NCBI GenBank assembly: GCA_963839885.1
Contig: CAWIWZ010000007.1
Span: 23,437-87,436 of the forward strand
Direction of reading: 5' to 3'
Source of the DNA: an uncultured Gammaproteobacteria bacterium
Lineage (GTDB): Bacteria; Pseudomonadota; Gammaproteobacteria; Steroidobacterales; Steroidobacteraceae
DNA: 64,000 bases
The notes beneath the pieces were generated by a model that saw only the letters and a program-made list of their open reading frames with translations, had not been told where the DNA came from and did no database searches. Position 1 is the first letter of the stretch, and every line of letters starts with the position of its first letter. A program made the position numbers and the translations under genes. Below are positions 1 through 11,098 of the stretch, in pieces.

Positions 1-841
1 GCGGTGCCGCTCAATCTGGCGCAACCCGGCGCAACGGCCGACTACGTGAATACCGGCCATTGGTCGGAACGGACGATCAGGGAAGCGCGCCGCTTCGTGA
101 ACGTCGCTATTGCGGCCGACGAGGCCGAATCGAAGTACACGACCGTGCCGGCGCAGGCGGCGCTCGGACTCACGCCCGGAGCCGCTTATGTGCACTACAC
201 GCCGAACGAGACGATCGGCGGCGTCGAGTTTCCCTACATCCCCGAGACTGGCGCGGTGCCGCTGGTGGCCGACATGTCATCCACCCTCCTGTCGCGGCCG
301 CTCGACGTCTCGCGCTTCGGCCTGATCTATGCCGGCGCGCAGAAGAACATCGGGCCGGCCGGCCTGACGGTCGTGATCGTGCGCGACGAGCTCATCCGCA
401 AGGCGCGCCCCGGCACGCCGATGGTCTTCGACTATCGCGCGGTTGCGGACGCGGGCTCGATGTTCAACACGCCGCCGACCTTCGCCTGGTATTTCGCCGG
501 TCTCGTGTTCCAGTGGATCCGCGCCAAAGGCGGCCTTGCGGCGATGGCGAAACGCAATCGCGCGAAAGCGGCGGCGCTGTATCGTGCGATCGACGAGTCG
601 TCGTTCTACTCGAATCCCGGTGGCTCGCGATTGCCGATCGCTGATGAACGTGCCATTCCGGCTGGCAAGGCCGGAACTGGAGAAGACATTTCTCGCCGAG
701 GCCGAAGTCGCCGGACTCACCAATCTCGCGGGTCATCGGGCAGTCGGAGGGATGCGCGCGAGCATATATAACGCGATGCCGGCCGCCGGAGTGGCAGCTC
801 TGGTGGAGTTCATGCGGGACTTCGAACGCCGGTACGGCTAG
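1..841 (+). pseudogene. serC: Phosphoserine aminotransferase, 5' end cut by the window edge. One frame break near 620-630.
   Basis: ORF 4..771 ([27 protein letters not shown]) continues in the ORF 443..841 frame ([46 protein letters not shown]). The switch is at aatCCCGGtgg. Confidence 0.85.
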
Positions 842-849
842 GGCAACTC

Positions 850-2020
850 GTGCGTTTCAGGGTCCTCACGCTGAACAGCATTTCGGTCAAGGGGCTCGAC
901 CGCCTGCCGCGCGACCGCTATGAAGTTGCCTCCGAGATCGGCAACCCCGATGCCATCCTGGTCCGGTCCGCCGATATGCACTCGATGGAGATTCCGACGA
1001 GCGTTCTTGCGGTCGGTCGCGCGGGCGCCGGGACCAACAACATACCCGTGACGTTGCTGTCGGAGCGCGGCGTCCCCGTCTTCACCGCGCCCGGCGCGAA
1101 TGCGAATGCGGTGAAGGAGCTGGTGCTCGCGGGGCTGTTCGTTGCGGCGCGGCACATCTGCGAAGCCTGGGATTTCGTGCGCGGGCTGACAGGCGAGGAG
1201 GACGCACTGGAATCGGCGGTCGAGCAGGGCAAGAAGCGTTTCGTCGGCCACGAGCTGCCGGGCCGTACGCTCGGTGTGGTCGGCCTGGGCGCGATCGGCG
1301 TGGAGGTGGCGAATGCGGCTCACCTGCTGGGCATGAGGGTGCTGGGCTACGATCCGCAGATCACCGTGCAGCGCGCCTGGCAGCTTTCATCCGGCGTCGA
1401 GCAGGCGCTCAGCCTGGACGACCTGTTTGCGCGTTCGGATGCCGTCACCGTGCACGTGCCGTTGACCGAGCAGACGCGGGCGCTGGTCAACGGGCACCAG
1501 CTCAGGCTCATGCGGCGAGGGCGGCACGGTGCTCAATTTCGCACGCGCCGGCATCGTCGACGAACAGGCCGTCCTCGCCGCTCTCGAATCCGGCAAACTG
1601 TCGGCCTATGTCTGCGACTTTCCGACGCCGGGAATCAAGAACCAGCGCGGCGTGATCGCGTTGCCGCACCTGGGAGCATCGACCAACGAGGCGGAGGAGA
1701 ACAGCGCGATGATGGTGGCCGACACGCTTCGCGATTACCTCGAGCACGGCAACATCCGCCATTCGGTGAATTTTCCGGAAGCGGCGCTGCCGCGCATGCC
1801 GGCGACCTCCCGGATCGCCATCTCCAACAGCAACGTGCCGAACATGGTGGGCCAGATTTCGACCTGCCTGGCGGAAGCCGGCCTCAACATCGCGGACTTG
1901 CTGAACAAGTCGAAAGGCGAAGTCGCCTACACGCTGATCGACATCGACGGCAAGGTGCCGCCCGGACTGGTCGAGCGTATCGGCGGGATCGCCGGCGTCC
2001 TCTGCGTGCGCGCCATTTAG
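850..2020 (+). pseudogene. serA: D-3-phosphoglycerate dehydrogenase with a C-terminal ACT-like domain. One frame break near 1505-1530.
   Basis: ORF 850.. gives the 2-hydroxyacid dehydrogenase N-terminus (GRTLGVVGLGAIGVEVA, DAVTVHVPLTEQTR). ORF 1529..2020 continues it (LNFARAGIVDEQAVLAAL, PHLGASTNEAEEN, then an ACT-like tail). Confidence 0.8.
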
Positions 2021-2029
2021 GAGACGGTC

Positions 2030-3145
2030 TTGGCGAAGGAGAAAGCGAGGAAATCTGCGACCAAGGCGGGCATGGGAGTGATCCGCCAGCGGATCGACGC
2101 CGTCGACGCCGAATTGCACCGCCTGCTGAATGAGCGGGCGGGCCTTGCCCAGCAGGTCGGAATTTCCAAGCATGCATCCGGCCGCACGATCGATTTCTAC
2201 CGGCCCGAGCGCGAGGCGCAGGTCCTGCGCGCAGCGCAGCAGCGCAACAAGGGTCCACTGCGCGACGACGAAGTGCTGCGCCTGTTTCGCGAGATCATGT
2301 CGGCCTGCCTGGCCCAGCAGGAGCCGCTAAAGGTCGGCTATCTCGGCCCGGAGGGCACATTCACGCAACAGGCGGTGTTCAAGCAGTTCGGCCACTCGGT
2401 ACGCGCCCTCGCCCTGCCGTCGATCGACGAGGTGTTTCACGAGGTGGAATCCGGCGCGGCCGATTTCGGCGTTGTGCCGATCGAAAATTCGACCGAAGGC
2501 ACGGTGATGTACACGCTCGACCGTTTCCTCGTGTCGCCCCTGTCGATCTGCGGCGAGGTCGAGCTCCGTATCCACCAGTTCCTGATGGGCCGGATGAAAT
2601 CCCTTGCCGCGGTCAAGCGGGTTTGTTCGCACCAGCAATCGCTGGCGCAGTGCCGCGAGTGGCTCGACGAGCACCTGCCGGAAGTGGAACAGGTGCCGGT
2701 CAGCAGTAATGCGGAAGCCGCGCGCCGCGCCCGAGATGAACAGCACACGGCCGCGATTGCGGGCGAAACGGCGGCGGAAGTCTATGGACTCGACATTTTG
2801 GTCGCGAAAATCGAGGACCAGCCGGACAACACGACGCGGTTCCTGGTGATCGGAGCAAGAAAATTTCATACGAGTGGAGACGACAAGACGACCGTACTCG
2901 TCTCGGTCGCGCGCACCGACGCGCCAGGCGCGCTATACCGGCTGCTCGAACCGCTTGCAAAGCACGAAGTCAGCCTGACCCGCATCGAATCGCGCCCCTC
3001 GCGGCGCAAGAAATGGGACTACGTGTTCTTCCTCGATCTCGAAGGTCATGTCGAGGATGCGAAAGTCGCACTGGCGCTCGCCCAGCTGAAGGAGCGTAGT
3101 TCGCTATACCGCGTGCTGGGCTCCTACCCGCAGTCGATTCTCTGA
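2030..3145 (+). CDS. pheA: Bifunctional chorismate mutase / prephenate dehydratase (P-protein).
   Basis: Intact 371-aa ORF. Chorismate mutase N-terminus (IRQRIDAVDAELHRLLNERA), PDT domain (VGYLGPEGTFTQQA, VPIENSTEGTV), ACT tail (ESRPSRRKKWDYVFFLDLEGH). Confidence 0.9.
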   Translation: MAKEKARKSATKAGMGVIRQRIDAVDAELHRLLNERAGLAQQVGISKHASGRTIDFYRPEREAQVLRAAQQRNKGPLRDDEVLRLFREIMSACLAQQEPLKVGYLGPEGTFTQQAVFKQFGHSVRALALPSIDEVFHEVESGAADFGVVPIENSTEGTVMYTLDRFLVSPLSICGEVELRIHQFLMGRMKSLAAVKRVCSHQQSLAQCREWLDEHLPEVEQVPVSSNAEAARRARDEQHTAAIAGETAAEVYGLDILVAKIEDQPDNTTRFLVIGARKFHTSGDDKTTVLVSVARTDAPGALYRLLEPLAKHEVSLTRIESRPSRRKKWDYVFFLDLEGHVEDAKVALALAQLKERSSLYRVLGSYPQSIL

Positions 3146-3148
3146 CCG

Positions 3149-4275
3149 ATGGCGAACCGTTTCGAATCGCTGGCGGCGCCGGGTGTCCGACAGCTCGCGC
3201 CCTATGTACCGGGCAAGCCACCCGAGCAACTCGAGCGCGAGCTTGGCATCAAGGACAGCATCAAGCTCGCGTCGAACGAGAATCCGCTCGGGCCGGGCAG
3301 CGCCGCGAAGGCAGCGCTTGCCTCGGCGGTTGCCGGCATCGGCATGTATCCCGACGGCAGCGGCCACGCCCTGCGCAGGCGGGTCGCGGACCAGCATGGA
3401 CTACAGCTCTCGCAGGTGACGCTCGGCAACGGTTCGAACGACATCCTGGTTCTGCTCGCGGAAACGTTCCTGACGCCGGATGTCGAGGCGGTTTACTCGC
3501 AATATGCTTTCGCGGTCTATCCGATCGCCGTGCAGGCGGCGAGTGCAAAGGCCAGCGTGGCGAACGCGCACTCCCCGGACCATGCGATGCCGCTCGGGCA
3601 CGATCCGCGGGCGATCCTGGCCGCGATCGGACCGCGTACGCGCCTCGTCTATCTCGCGAACCCGAACAATCCGACGGGGACGTGGATGAGCGAGCGCGAA
3701 ATCGACGAATTGTTGAGTGCGATTCCGCCGGAGGTGATCGTCGTGCTCGACGAGGCCTACCACGAATATTCCGCGGCGTCGGCGTGCCGGATGGCACGCA
3801 ATGGCTCGGACGTCATCCGAATCTCGTGCTTACGCGCACGTTCTCGAAGGCCTATGGACTCGCGGGCCTGCGTGTCGGGTACGCACTGTCCGATCCCGAC
3901 ATCGCCGACCTGCTGAACCGCGTGCGCCAGCCCTTCAATGTGTCGGTCGCAGGGCTCGCGGCTGCGACGGCTGCGATCGACGATCGCGCGCACCTGGAGG
4001 CGACGCTCACTCTTAATCGAAAAGGTCTCGAGCGGCTTGGAGCCGGACTGAACGCACTGGGACTCGCCGTGCTGCCTTCGGCCGCCAATTTCGTGCTCTG
4101 CGACCTGCGCCGGCCGGCGGCGCCGGTCAACGATGCGCTGCTGCGACAGGGCGTGATCGTGCGGCCGCTCGGCAATTATGGCCTGCCGAATCATCTGCGG
4201 ATCACGACAGGCACCGCCGATCAGAACGAGCGCCTGCTGGCGGCGATGTCCGCGGCGCTCGCGGCCGTCGCATGA
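3149..4275 (+). pseudogene. hisC: Histidinol-phosphate / aromatic aminotransferase. One frame break near 3775-3790.
   Basis: ORF 3149.. (KLASNENPLGP, YPDGSG, LANPNNPTGT, VVLDEAYHEY) continues in the ORF 3682..4275 frame (LTRTFSKAYGLAGLRVGY, LRITTGT). Confidence 0.85.
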
Positions 4276-5586
4276 GCGTTTCCCGCCCCGGCTTCATCGC
4301 TGAACCTGGCGGCCGCGTATCAGGCGAGATTCGCGTGCCCGGCGACAAGTCGATCTCGCACCGTGCCGCGATGCTCGGCGCGATTGCGCAAGGGTCGACC
4401 GACATCCACGGATTCCTGAATGGGGAAGACTGCCATGCGACGCTCGCAGCCATCGAATGCGATGGGCATTGCGATCGAGCGGCCCGCGCACGACAGGATC
4501 GTCATCGAGGGTCGCGGGCGGCAGGGGCTGCGTGCGCCCGCGAGCGCCCTCGATTTCGGCAATTCGGGAACCGCGATGCGGCTGTTCGCCGGGATTCTGG
4601 CGGGCCAGCCATTCGATTCGATTCTGATCGGCGATGCGTCGCTGATGCGCCGTCCGATGGAGCGGATCGCGACGCCACTGCGACGCATGGGCGCCGATAT
4701 CCGCACCAATGACGGGCGCCCGCCGATCGCTATCGCCGGTGGCCGGAAGCTGCGTGGCTGCAGCCACGAACTCGACTTCGCGAGTGCGCAGGTCAAGTCG
4801 GCGATTCTGCTGGCTGGCTTGCAAGCGACCGGCGAGACGCGCGTCATGGAGCCGGAGCCCTCGCGCGATCACACCGAACGGATGCTGCCTGCGTTCGGCG
4901 CGGCGGTCAGCCGGGAGGCCGCGACAGTCGCGGTCCGAGGTCCTGCGACGCTCGCCGGCACGCGCATCGACGTTCCGGGCGATTTCTCGTCGGCGGCGTT
5001 CTTCATCGTGGCCGGTCTGATCGCCGGCACCGCGCCGCTTCGGATCCTGGGCGTCGGCGTCAATCCGACCCGCACCGGATTGCTCGATGTCTTGCGTCTG
5101 ATGGGTGCAGACATTCGCCTGCTGGGGGAATGCGAGCGCGGCGGCGAACCGGTTGCCGACCTCGAGATCCGCCCCGGTTCGTTGCGCGGCATTACGGTTC
5201 CACGCGAACTGGTCGCGAGAACGATCGACGAGTTCCCGATCCTCTTCGCGGCGGCGGCGGTTGCCGACGGCGAGACCGTAGTGACCGGCGCCGCCGAACT
5301 GCGGGTCAAGGAAAGCGACCGCATAGCGGTCATGGCGGAGGCATTGAACGCCCTCGGCGTGGACGCCGATCCCCGGCAGGACGGCATGCGAATCCGCGGA
5401 GGCGGTCTGAGGGGCGGCGTCGTGGAGAGCCACGGCGATCACCGCGTCGCGATGTCGATCGCAGTGCTCGCCGCGCGCGCCAGGACTCCGGTCGTCATAC
5501 GCGACGTCCAGAATATCGCCACGTCGTTTCCGGGTTTCGCGACGACCGCGGCCGCCATCGGCCTGCGAATCGCGGAGGAAGATTAG
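4272..5586 (+). pseudogene. aroA: 3-phosphoshikimate 1-carboxyvinyltransferase (EPSP synthase). One frame break near 4450-4460.
   Basis: ORF 4272.. ([20 protein letters not shown]) continues in the ORF 4420..5586 frame ([40 protein letters not shown]). Confidence 0.9.
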
Positions 5587-5589
5587 GTC

Positions 5590-6276
5590 GTGCCGGTCAT
5601 CGCCATCGACGGCCCGAGCGGGTCCGGCAAAGGCACAATCGCGCGGCGGGTCGCCCGCGATCTGGGGTGGCACTTGCTCGACAGTGGCGCCCTGTATCGC
5701 CTGGTGGCACTGGCGGGCGTCCGTGCGGGCTTGCCGGCCGACGACATTGCCGGACATGCCCGGATCGCCACGGCGCTCGATGTGCAATTCGGTATGGATG
5801 CCAGGGGCGAAGAGACCATCATCCTGGCGGGCACCGATGTCACGTTCGAGGTGCGAGCGGAGGCAACCGGCGAGGCCGCTTCCCGCGTCGCGGCCTGGCA
5901 GGAGGTTCGATCGGCCTTGCTGGGGCGCCAGCGGGCGTTTGCGCGGCCACCCGGTCTCGTGGCCGACGGACGCGACATGGGATCCATCGTTTTCCGCGAT
6001 GCCGGGCTCAAAATCTTCCTGACCGCAAGCCCCGACGTTCGGGCCCGCAGGCGCTATAAGCAGTTGAAAGAAAAGGGGTTGAGTGTTAGCCTTGCCGCCC
6101 TTTCCGCGGAGATCGCCGAGCGGGACAGGCGGGACACCATGCGACCCGTGGCGCCGCTGATCGCGGTTCCGGATGCGATCGTCGTGGATTCGACTGCGTT
6201 GACCATCGAGGAAGTCGTCGGGCGGGTGATCGAACTCGCGCGCGAGCGGTTTCCAGAGGCGGTGCGCGGGAGTTGA
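5590..6276 (+). CDS. cmk: Cytidylate kinase.
   Basis: Intact 228-aa ORF with P-loop [13 protein letters not shown] and [10 protein letters not shown]. Classical position between aroA and rpsA. Confidence 0.9.
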   Translation: MPVIAIDGPSGSGKGTIARRVARDLGWHLLDSGALYRLVALAGVRAGLPADDIAGHARIATALDVQFGMDARGEETIILAGTDVTFEVRAEATGEAASRVAAWQEVRSALLGRQRAFARPPGLVADGRDMGSIVFRDAGLKIFLTASPDVRARRRYKQLKEKGLSVSLAALSAEIAERDRRDTMRPVAPLIAVPDAIVVDSTALTIEEVVGRVIELARERFPEAVRGS

Positions 6277-6282
6277 AGAATC

Positions 6283-6393
6283 GCCGGCAGGTGCCGGCAG
6301 GGACGGCGCGGCAGGATGCCGGCGCCGGAAACGTAACAACCCGGAGCGGCAGGACGCCGTACGGCATGCAAACCAAGGTGGGCCCGCGGGCCC
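6283..6393 (+). promoter_or_regulatory. Structured rpsA 5' leader: three hairpins with GGA-containing loops, plus a GC palindrome just before the start codon.
   Basis: GCCGGC-aggt-GCCGGC at 6283-6298. GGCGCGGCA-gga-TGCCgGCGCC at about 6304-6326. GCGGC-aggac-GCCGT at 6346-6360. GGGCCCGCGGGCCC at 6380-6393. No strong SD before ATG 6404. Confidence 0.4.
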
Positions 6394-6403
6394 GAAGTAC
6401 CCA

Positions 6404-8077
6404 ATGACCGAATCTTTCCAGCAGTTGTTCGAACAGAGCCTCGCGAGCCAGCAAATCAGGCCTGGCCAGATCCTGACCGGCACAGTCGTCGATGTGAATG
6501 CGGATGTGGTGATCGTCAGCGTCGGGTTGAAGTCCGAAGCGGTCATCCCGATCGACCAGTTCCGCAACGAACAATGGCGAAATCGAAGTCAACGTCGGCG
6601 AGGAGGTCGAGGTGGCGCTCGACGCTGTCGAAGACGGCTCGGGTGAAACCCGCCTGTCGCGCGAGAAAGCCAAGCGCGCGCCGCACCTGGATCCGCCTCG
6701 AAGAAGCCTTCACCAAAGGCGAGATCGTCACCGGGCGTCATCAACGGGCGCGTCAAGGGCGGCTTCACCGTCGAAATCGACAACGTGCGCGCGTTCCTGC
6801 CCGGCTCGCTCGTGGACGTCCGCCCGGTGCGCGACCCGAGCTACCTCGAAGGCAAGGAGCTCGAATTCAAGGTCATCAAGCTCGACCAGCGGCGCAACAA
6901 CGTCGTCGTGTCGCGTCGTGCGGTGGTCGAACAGGAAAACAGCGCCGAACGCAGCGCAGCTGCTCGACAACCTGAAGGAAGGCGAGGTCGTGAAGGGCGT
7001 CGTCAAGAACCTCACCGACTACGGTGCGTTCGTGGATCTCGGCGGCATCGACGGCCTGCTGCACATCACGGACATGGCGTGGAAGCGCGTCAAGCACCCC
7101 TCGGAAGTCGTCAACGTCGGCGACGAAATCGACGTGCGGATCCTGAAGTTTGATCGCGAGCGCAAGCGCGTTTCGCTCGGCATGAAGCAACTCGGCGAGG
7201 ATCCGTGGGTCGAACATCGCCGCGCCGTTATCCGCGAACACCGCGCCTGTTCGGCAAGGTGACGAACATCGCCGACTACGGCTGTTTCGCCGAGATCGAA
7301 GAGGGCGTCGAAGGACTGGTCCACGTTTCGGAAATGGACTGGACGAACAAGAACATCAATCCGTCCAAAGTCGTTCACGTCGGCGAGGAGGTCGAGGTCA
7401 TGGTCCTCGACATCGACGAAGAGCGCCGCCGCATCTCGCTCGGCATCAAGCAATGCAGGCCAATCCGTGGGGCGAGTTCGCGCAGAACTACAAGGGCGAC
7501 CGCGTCTCCGGCAAGATCAAGTCGATCACCGACTTCGGTATCTTCATCGGCCTGTCGGGCGGCATCGACGGCCTGGTGCACCTGTCCGACATCTCGCTGG
7601 AACGCCCCGGCGAGGAAGCCGTGCGCGACTACCAGAAAGGCGAGACGATCGAGACGATGGTGCTTGTCCATCGATCCCGAGCGCGAACGCATTTCGCTCG
7701 GCATCAAGCAACTCGACAAGGATCCGATTTCCGCCTATCTCGCCGATCATCCGAAGGGCAGCATCGTCAAGGGCACGATCAAGGACGTGGATGCGCGCGG
7801 CGCCATCGTCGATCTCGGCGAGGGCATCGAAGGAAGTCTGCGTGCGTCGGAACTGGCGCGGGATCGCGTCGAGGACGCACGGACCGTGCTGAAGGTCGGC
7901 GACGAGATCGAGGCGCGATTCGTCGGCGTCGACCGCAAGAGCCGCGCAATCGTATTGTCGGTCAAGGCGAATGAAGCCGAGGAAGAGGCCGAAGCGATGC
8001 AGCAGTATCGCGGCAATGATTCGGCGACTGGTACCTGGCTCGGTGACCTGCTGAAGGAGCAGATCACCGGTCAATGA
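6404..8077 (+). pseudogene. rpsA: 30S ribosomal protein S1, with at least 7 frame breaks as sequenced.
   Basis: S1-repeat sequence can be followed through ORFs 6404, 6612, 6574, 6785, 6612, 7205, 7453 and 7205. Examples: [141 protein letters not shown]. Confidence 0.9.
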
Positions 8078-8139
8078 GCCGGTCCGGGGCGCGTCGCTGG
8101 GGATGAAAGCGGCCTGCCCCGTTGTTGAGGACGGGAGAC

Positions 8140-8442
8140 ATGACAAAATCAGAATTGATCGAGATCATCTCTGCCAAGCAGAAGCACCTGCCCGCGAAGG
8201 ACATTGAGCTTGCCGTCAAGCAGATGCTCGAGATCATGAGCGATGCGCTGGCGGGCGGCGAACGCATCGAGATTCGTGGCTTCGGCAGTTTTTCGCTGCA
8301 TTTCCGTCCGCCGCGGCAGGGCCGGAATCCGAAGACCGGCGAGGCGGTTGCGCTCGCCGGCAAGTACGTGCCGCATTTCAAGCCGGGCAAGGATTTGCGC
8401 GAGCGGGTCAACGAGGGCCAGTCGCACCCGATCCGCAATTGA
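8140..8442 (+). CDS. ihfB: Integration host factor beta subunit.
   Basis: [13 protein letters not shown]...[35 protein letters not shown] lies 3 nt upstream of ATG 8140. The ORF track extends it to 8122. Confidence 0.9.
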   Translation: MTKSELIEIISAKQKHLPAKDIELAVKQMLEIMSDALAGGERIEIRGFGSFSLHFRPPRQGRNPKTGEAVALAGKYVPHFKPGKDLRERVNEGQSHPIRN

Positions 8443-8470
8443 GCTGCGTCCGGCACGCGGCCGGTGAGCG

Positions 8471-9655
8471 ATGAATCCTGAATCCATCTGGATCCTGCTC
8501 GGTGTCCTGTTCCTCGGCGGAGCCATCGGCTTTTATGCGGCCCGCAAGCCGCGGCCGAGCGCGGTCGGCGCCGAGCGGCTGCGCGGCAGTTACCTGGCCG
8601 GCGTCAACTTTCTGGTCAATGAGCAGCCGGATCGCGCACTCGAGGCCTTTCTGCGCGCCGCCGAACTCGATGGCGACACGGTCGAGACGCATTTCGCCCT
8701 CGGCAGCCTGTACCGGCGCCGCGGAGAGGTCGACCGCGCGATCAAGATCCACCAGAACATCGCGACCCGCGAATCACTCGAACCCGCACAGCGCGAACAG
8801 GCGGGTTTCGCGCTGGCGCAGGATTACCTGAAAGCCGGCATGCTGGACCGGGCAGAGAAGATCCTGGAGCCGCTGGCGGCGTCGGGCGCGCACCGCATGG
8901 CGGCCATGCGCAAGTTGATGCGCATCTACGAGCAGGAACAGGACTGGCCGCGCGCGATCGAGGTGTTTCGCGAGCTCGAGAAGGCCGGCCGCCCTCCTCA
9001 GGAAAGCGCGATTGCTCACTACTTCTGCGAACTCGCGGAGGCGGCACACGCGCGCGGCGCGCTGGGCGAGGCTCGCGGTCACCTGCGCGCGGCGCGCGCG
9101 GAGGTCCGACGCTTTCCGCGGGGCGCGCTGGTGCGTGCCGATATCGCCATCGAGCAGCACGAATTCAAGCTGGCCGAGCGGCTGCTGGCCGCTGTGATCA
9201 CGCACGACCCGGCGCTGGCGATCGAGGCGGTGCCGCGGCTCGTGCGCCTCGCGCGCGCGGCCGGCGGCGAGGGCGAGGCGACGGTCGCGCGCGTCGTGGC
9301 GGTGCGACGCGATGCCGGCAACGAAATCGCCATCGCGTCGATCATGGCGGACGCGCTGGATTTCTCGCCGCTCGAGGAAAAAGTGCGTGCCTGCCTGGCG
9401 CAGGACGACGCCATTGCGGGACTGGTCCGTGCGATCGGTCGCGACCCCGCGGCGCTTGATGCGCGCGCCGTGCGCGACATCGCATCGATCCTGCGACGGC
9501 TCGCCGCGACCATGCCGCGTTATCGCTGCGCGAACTGCGGATTTGCGAGCATCGATCATTTCTGGCAGTGCCCGGGCTGCAAGAACTGGGACAGCCAGCG
9601 GCCGCTCCTGCGCTTCGACCTCGTCGCCGGCCTCGAGCGCAATTCGAAACCGTAA
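8471..9655 (+). CDS. lapB: Lipopolysaccharide assembly protein B (LapB/YciM): N-terminal TM helix, TPR repeats, C-terminal rubredoxin-type zinc site.
   Basis: Intact 394-aa ORF. N-terminal helix IWILLGVLFLGGAIGFY, TPR body, and C-terminal YRCANCGFASIDHFWQCPGCKNWDS. Conserved position after ihfB. Confidence 0.85.
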   Translation: MNPESIWILLGVLFLGGAIGFYAARKPRPSAVGAERLRGSYLAGVNFLVNEQPDRALEAFLRAAELDGDTVETHFALGSLYRRRGEVDRAIKIHQNIATRESLEPAQREQAGFALAQDYLKAGMLDRAEKILEPLAASGAHRMAAMRKLMRIYEQEQDWPRAIEVFRELEKAGRPPQESAIAHYFCELAEAAHARGALGEARGHLRAARAEVRRFPRGALVRADIAIEQHEFKLAERLLAAVITHDPALAIEAVPRLVRLARAAGGEGEATVARVVAVRRDAGNEIAIASIMADALDFSPLEEKVRACLAQDDAIAGLVRAIGRDPAALDARAVRDIASILRRLAATMPRYRCANCGFASIDHFWQCPGCKNWDSQRPLLRFDLVAGLERNSKP

Positions 9656-9657
9656 GT

Positions 9658-9750
9658 GGGGACGCAACCCTAAAAAGGGGACGCATCCCTTTTCTTCCGA
9701 CGTTGGCGATGCCGACAAAAATCGGCTGGAAAAGGGATGCGTCCCCTTTC
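9658..9750. repeat. REP-like hairpin repeat cluster: two inverted full units plus one partial unit. Same family as 47378-47431.
   Basis: AAAAGGGGACGCATCCCTTTTC at 9673-9694 and its reverse complement (21/22) GAAAAGGGATGCGTCCCCTTTC at 9729-9750. Partial GGGGACGCAACCC at 9658-9670. Inner hairpin GCCGAcaaaaaTCGGC. Confidence 0.6.
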
Positions 9751-9857
9751 TCCATGAATACGTGCGATAGCCGGCGTGCGGGCGGCCGGTGCGCGCCCTA
9801 GTCTCTCTTGCGGGCGCGGCGATTGTCGCTGCGCGAGACGAAAGGGAGTCAATACAC

Positions 9858-10139
9858 ATGCTCACCAAGGGACTGGGCGCGGCCATCGTGGCCGCCATGC
9901 TGCTCGCGTCGACGGCCATCGCCGGGCCCGTCAACATCAATACCGCGGACGCCAAAACGCTCGCGCGCGAACTGGACGGCGTAGGCAAGGCGAAGGCCGA
10001 AGCGATCGTCACGTACCGTGAGAAGAATGGTCCATTCAAGAGCGCGGACGATCTGGTGAAGGTCAAGGGCCTCGGCAAGAAGCTAATCGACCAGAACAAG
10101 GCCAACCTTCGGTTCGAAGCGGAAAAGTCGTCGGGCTGA
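9858..10139 (+). CDS. comEA: ComEA-family helix-hairpin-helix DNA-binding protein with a signal peptide.
   Basis: [80 protein letters not shown] precedes ATG 9858. The ORF track starts at 9789. Confidence 0.75.
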   Translation: MLTKGLGAAIVAAMLLASTAIAGPVNINTADAKTLARELDGVGKAKAEAIVTYREKNGPFKSADDLVKVKGLGKKLIDQNKANLRFEAEKSSG

Positions 10140-10186
10140 TTCGCGCCCGGCAGCGGTGCGGGCCGGCCGCGAGCGGCTCCGGTATC

Positions 10187-11092
10187 ATGCCGGGCGTGAG
10201 CCGTCCCGCACCCATTCGATTCGCGGTTTTTCCTGTCGCCGGGCGGGGCACCCGCTTCCTGCCCGCGACGAAGGCCAGCCCGAAGGAAATGCTGCCGATC
10301 GTCGACAAGCCGCTGATCCAGTACGCCGCGGAGGAGGCCCTTGCCGCCGGCGCGCGCCAGCTCATCTTCATCACGGGCAGTTCCAAGCGCGCCATCGAGG
10401 ACCACTTCGATTCCGATCCGGAACTCGAAGCGGCGCTTGAGGCGCAGGGCAAGAAGAGTGTGGCCGACGCGCTGCGCGGCATTCTGCCCGCCGATGCCGC
10501 CTGTATCTACATTCGCCAGCCGGCGCCGCTCGGGCTCGGGCACGCCGTCCTGTGCGCGCATCCGGTCGTCGGTTCCGAGCCATTTTTCGTGCATCTGGCC
10601 GACGACCTGATCGACGCCAGGCAGCCGGTGCTTGCCCAGATGAGAGACCGGTACCTCCAATCGGGCGGCAGCCTGGTCGGCGTCGAGCAGGTCGCGCATA
10701 GCGAGACAGGACGCTATGGCATTGTCGCGACCGATGAACCAGCAGGTGATATGGCGCGCGTGCGGCGTATCGTCGAGAAGCCGAAACCGGCGGATGCGCC
10801 GTCGGATCTCGCGGTTGTCGGCCGCTACCTGCTGTCCGGCACGGTGTTCAAGCACCTGCGCAATGTCGAGCAGGGCGCCGGCGGTGAGATCCAGCTCACC
10901 GACGGGATTGCGGCCCTGCTCGCCGATGAACCGGTTTACGCTTATCGCTTCGAAGGCAAACGCTACGATTGCGGCAGCAAGCTCGGGTATCTCGAAGCGA
11001 CGGTGGAGTACGGCATCCGCCACCCGGAATTGGGCGACCAGTTTGCAAAATACCTGGAAGCGTTCGTGGCCGAGCGTCGCTCTCGACGCTGA
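10187..11092 (+). CDS. galU: UTP--glucose-1-phosphate uridylyltransferase.
   Basis: Intact ORF with [38 protein letters not shown] and GRYLL motifs. Confidence 0.9.
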   Translation: MPGVSRPAPIRFAVFPVAGRGTRFLPATKASPKEMLPIVDKPLIQYAAEEALAAGARQLIFITGSSKRAIEDHFDSDPELEAALEAQGKKSVADALRGILPADAACIYIRQPAPLGLGHAVLCAHPVVGSEPFFVHLADDLIDARQPVLAQMRDRYLQSGGSLVGVEQVAHSETGRYGIVATDEPAGDMARVRRIVEKPKPADAPSDLAVVGRYLLSGTVFKHLRNVEQGAGGEIQLTDGIAALLADEPVYAYRFEGKRYDCGSKLGYLEATVEYGIRHPELGDQFAKYLEAFVAERRSRR

Positions 11093-11098
11093 CCGGCG

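Noticed and set aside
4294-6567. 757-aa minus-strand ORF antisense to aroA/cmk. Similar long antisense ORFs occur at 8774-11023, 11507-13156, 14628-16241, 18755-20266, 37179-39638, 47851-49233 and 49844-51073.
   Set aside because: Arg/Ala/Gly/Pro-rich low-complexity translations opposite well-supported genes. This is the usual stop-codon-poor antisense artefact of roughly 65% GC DNA.
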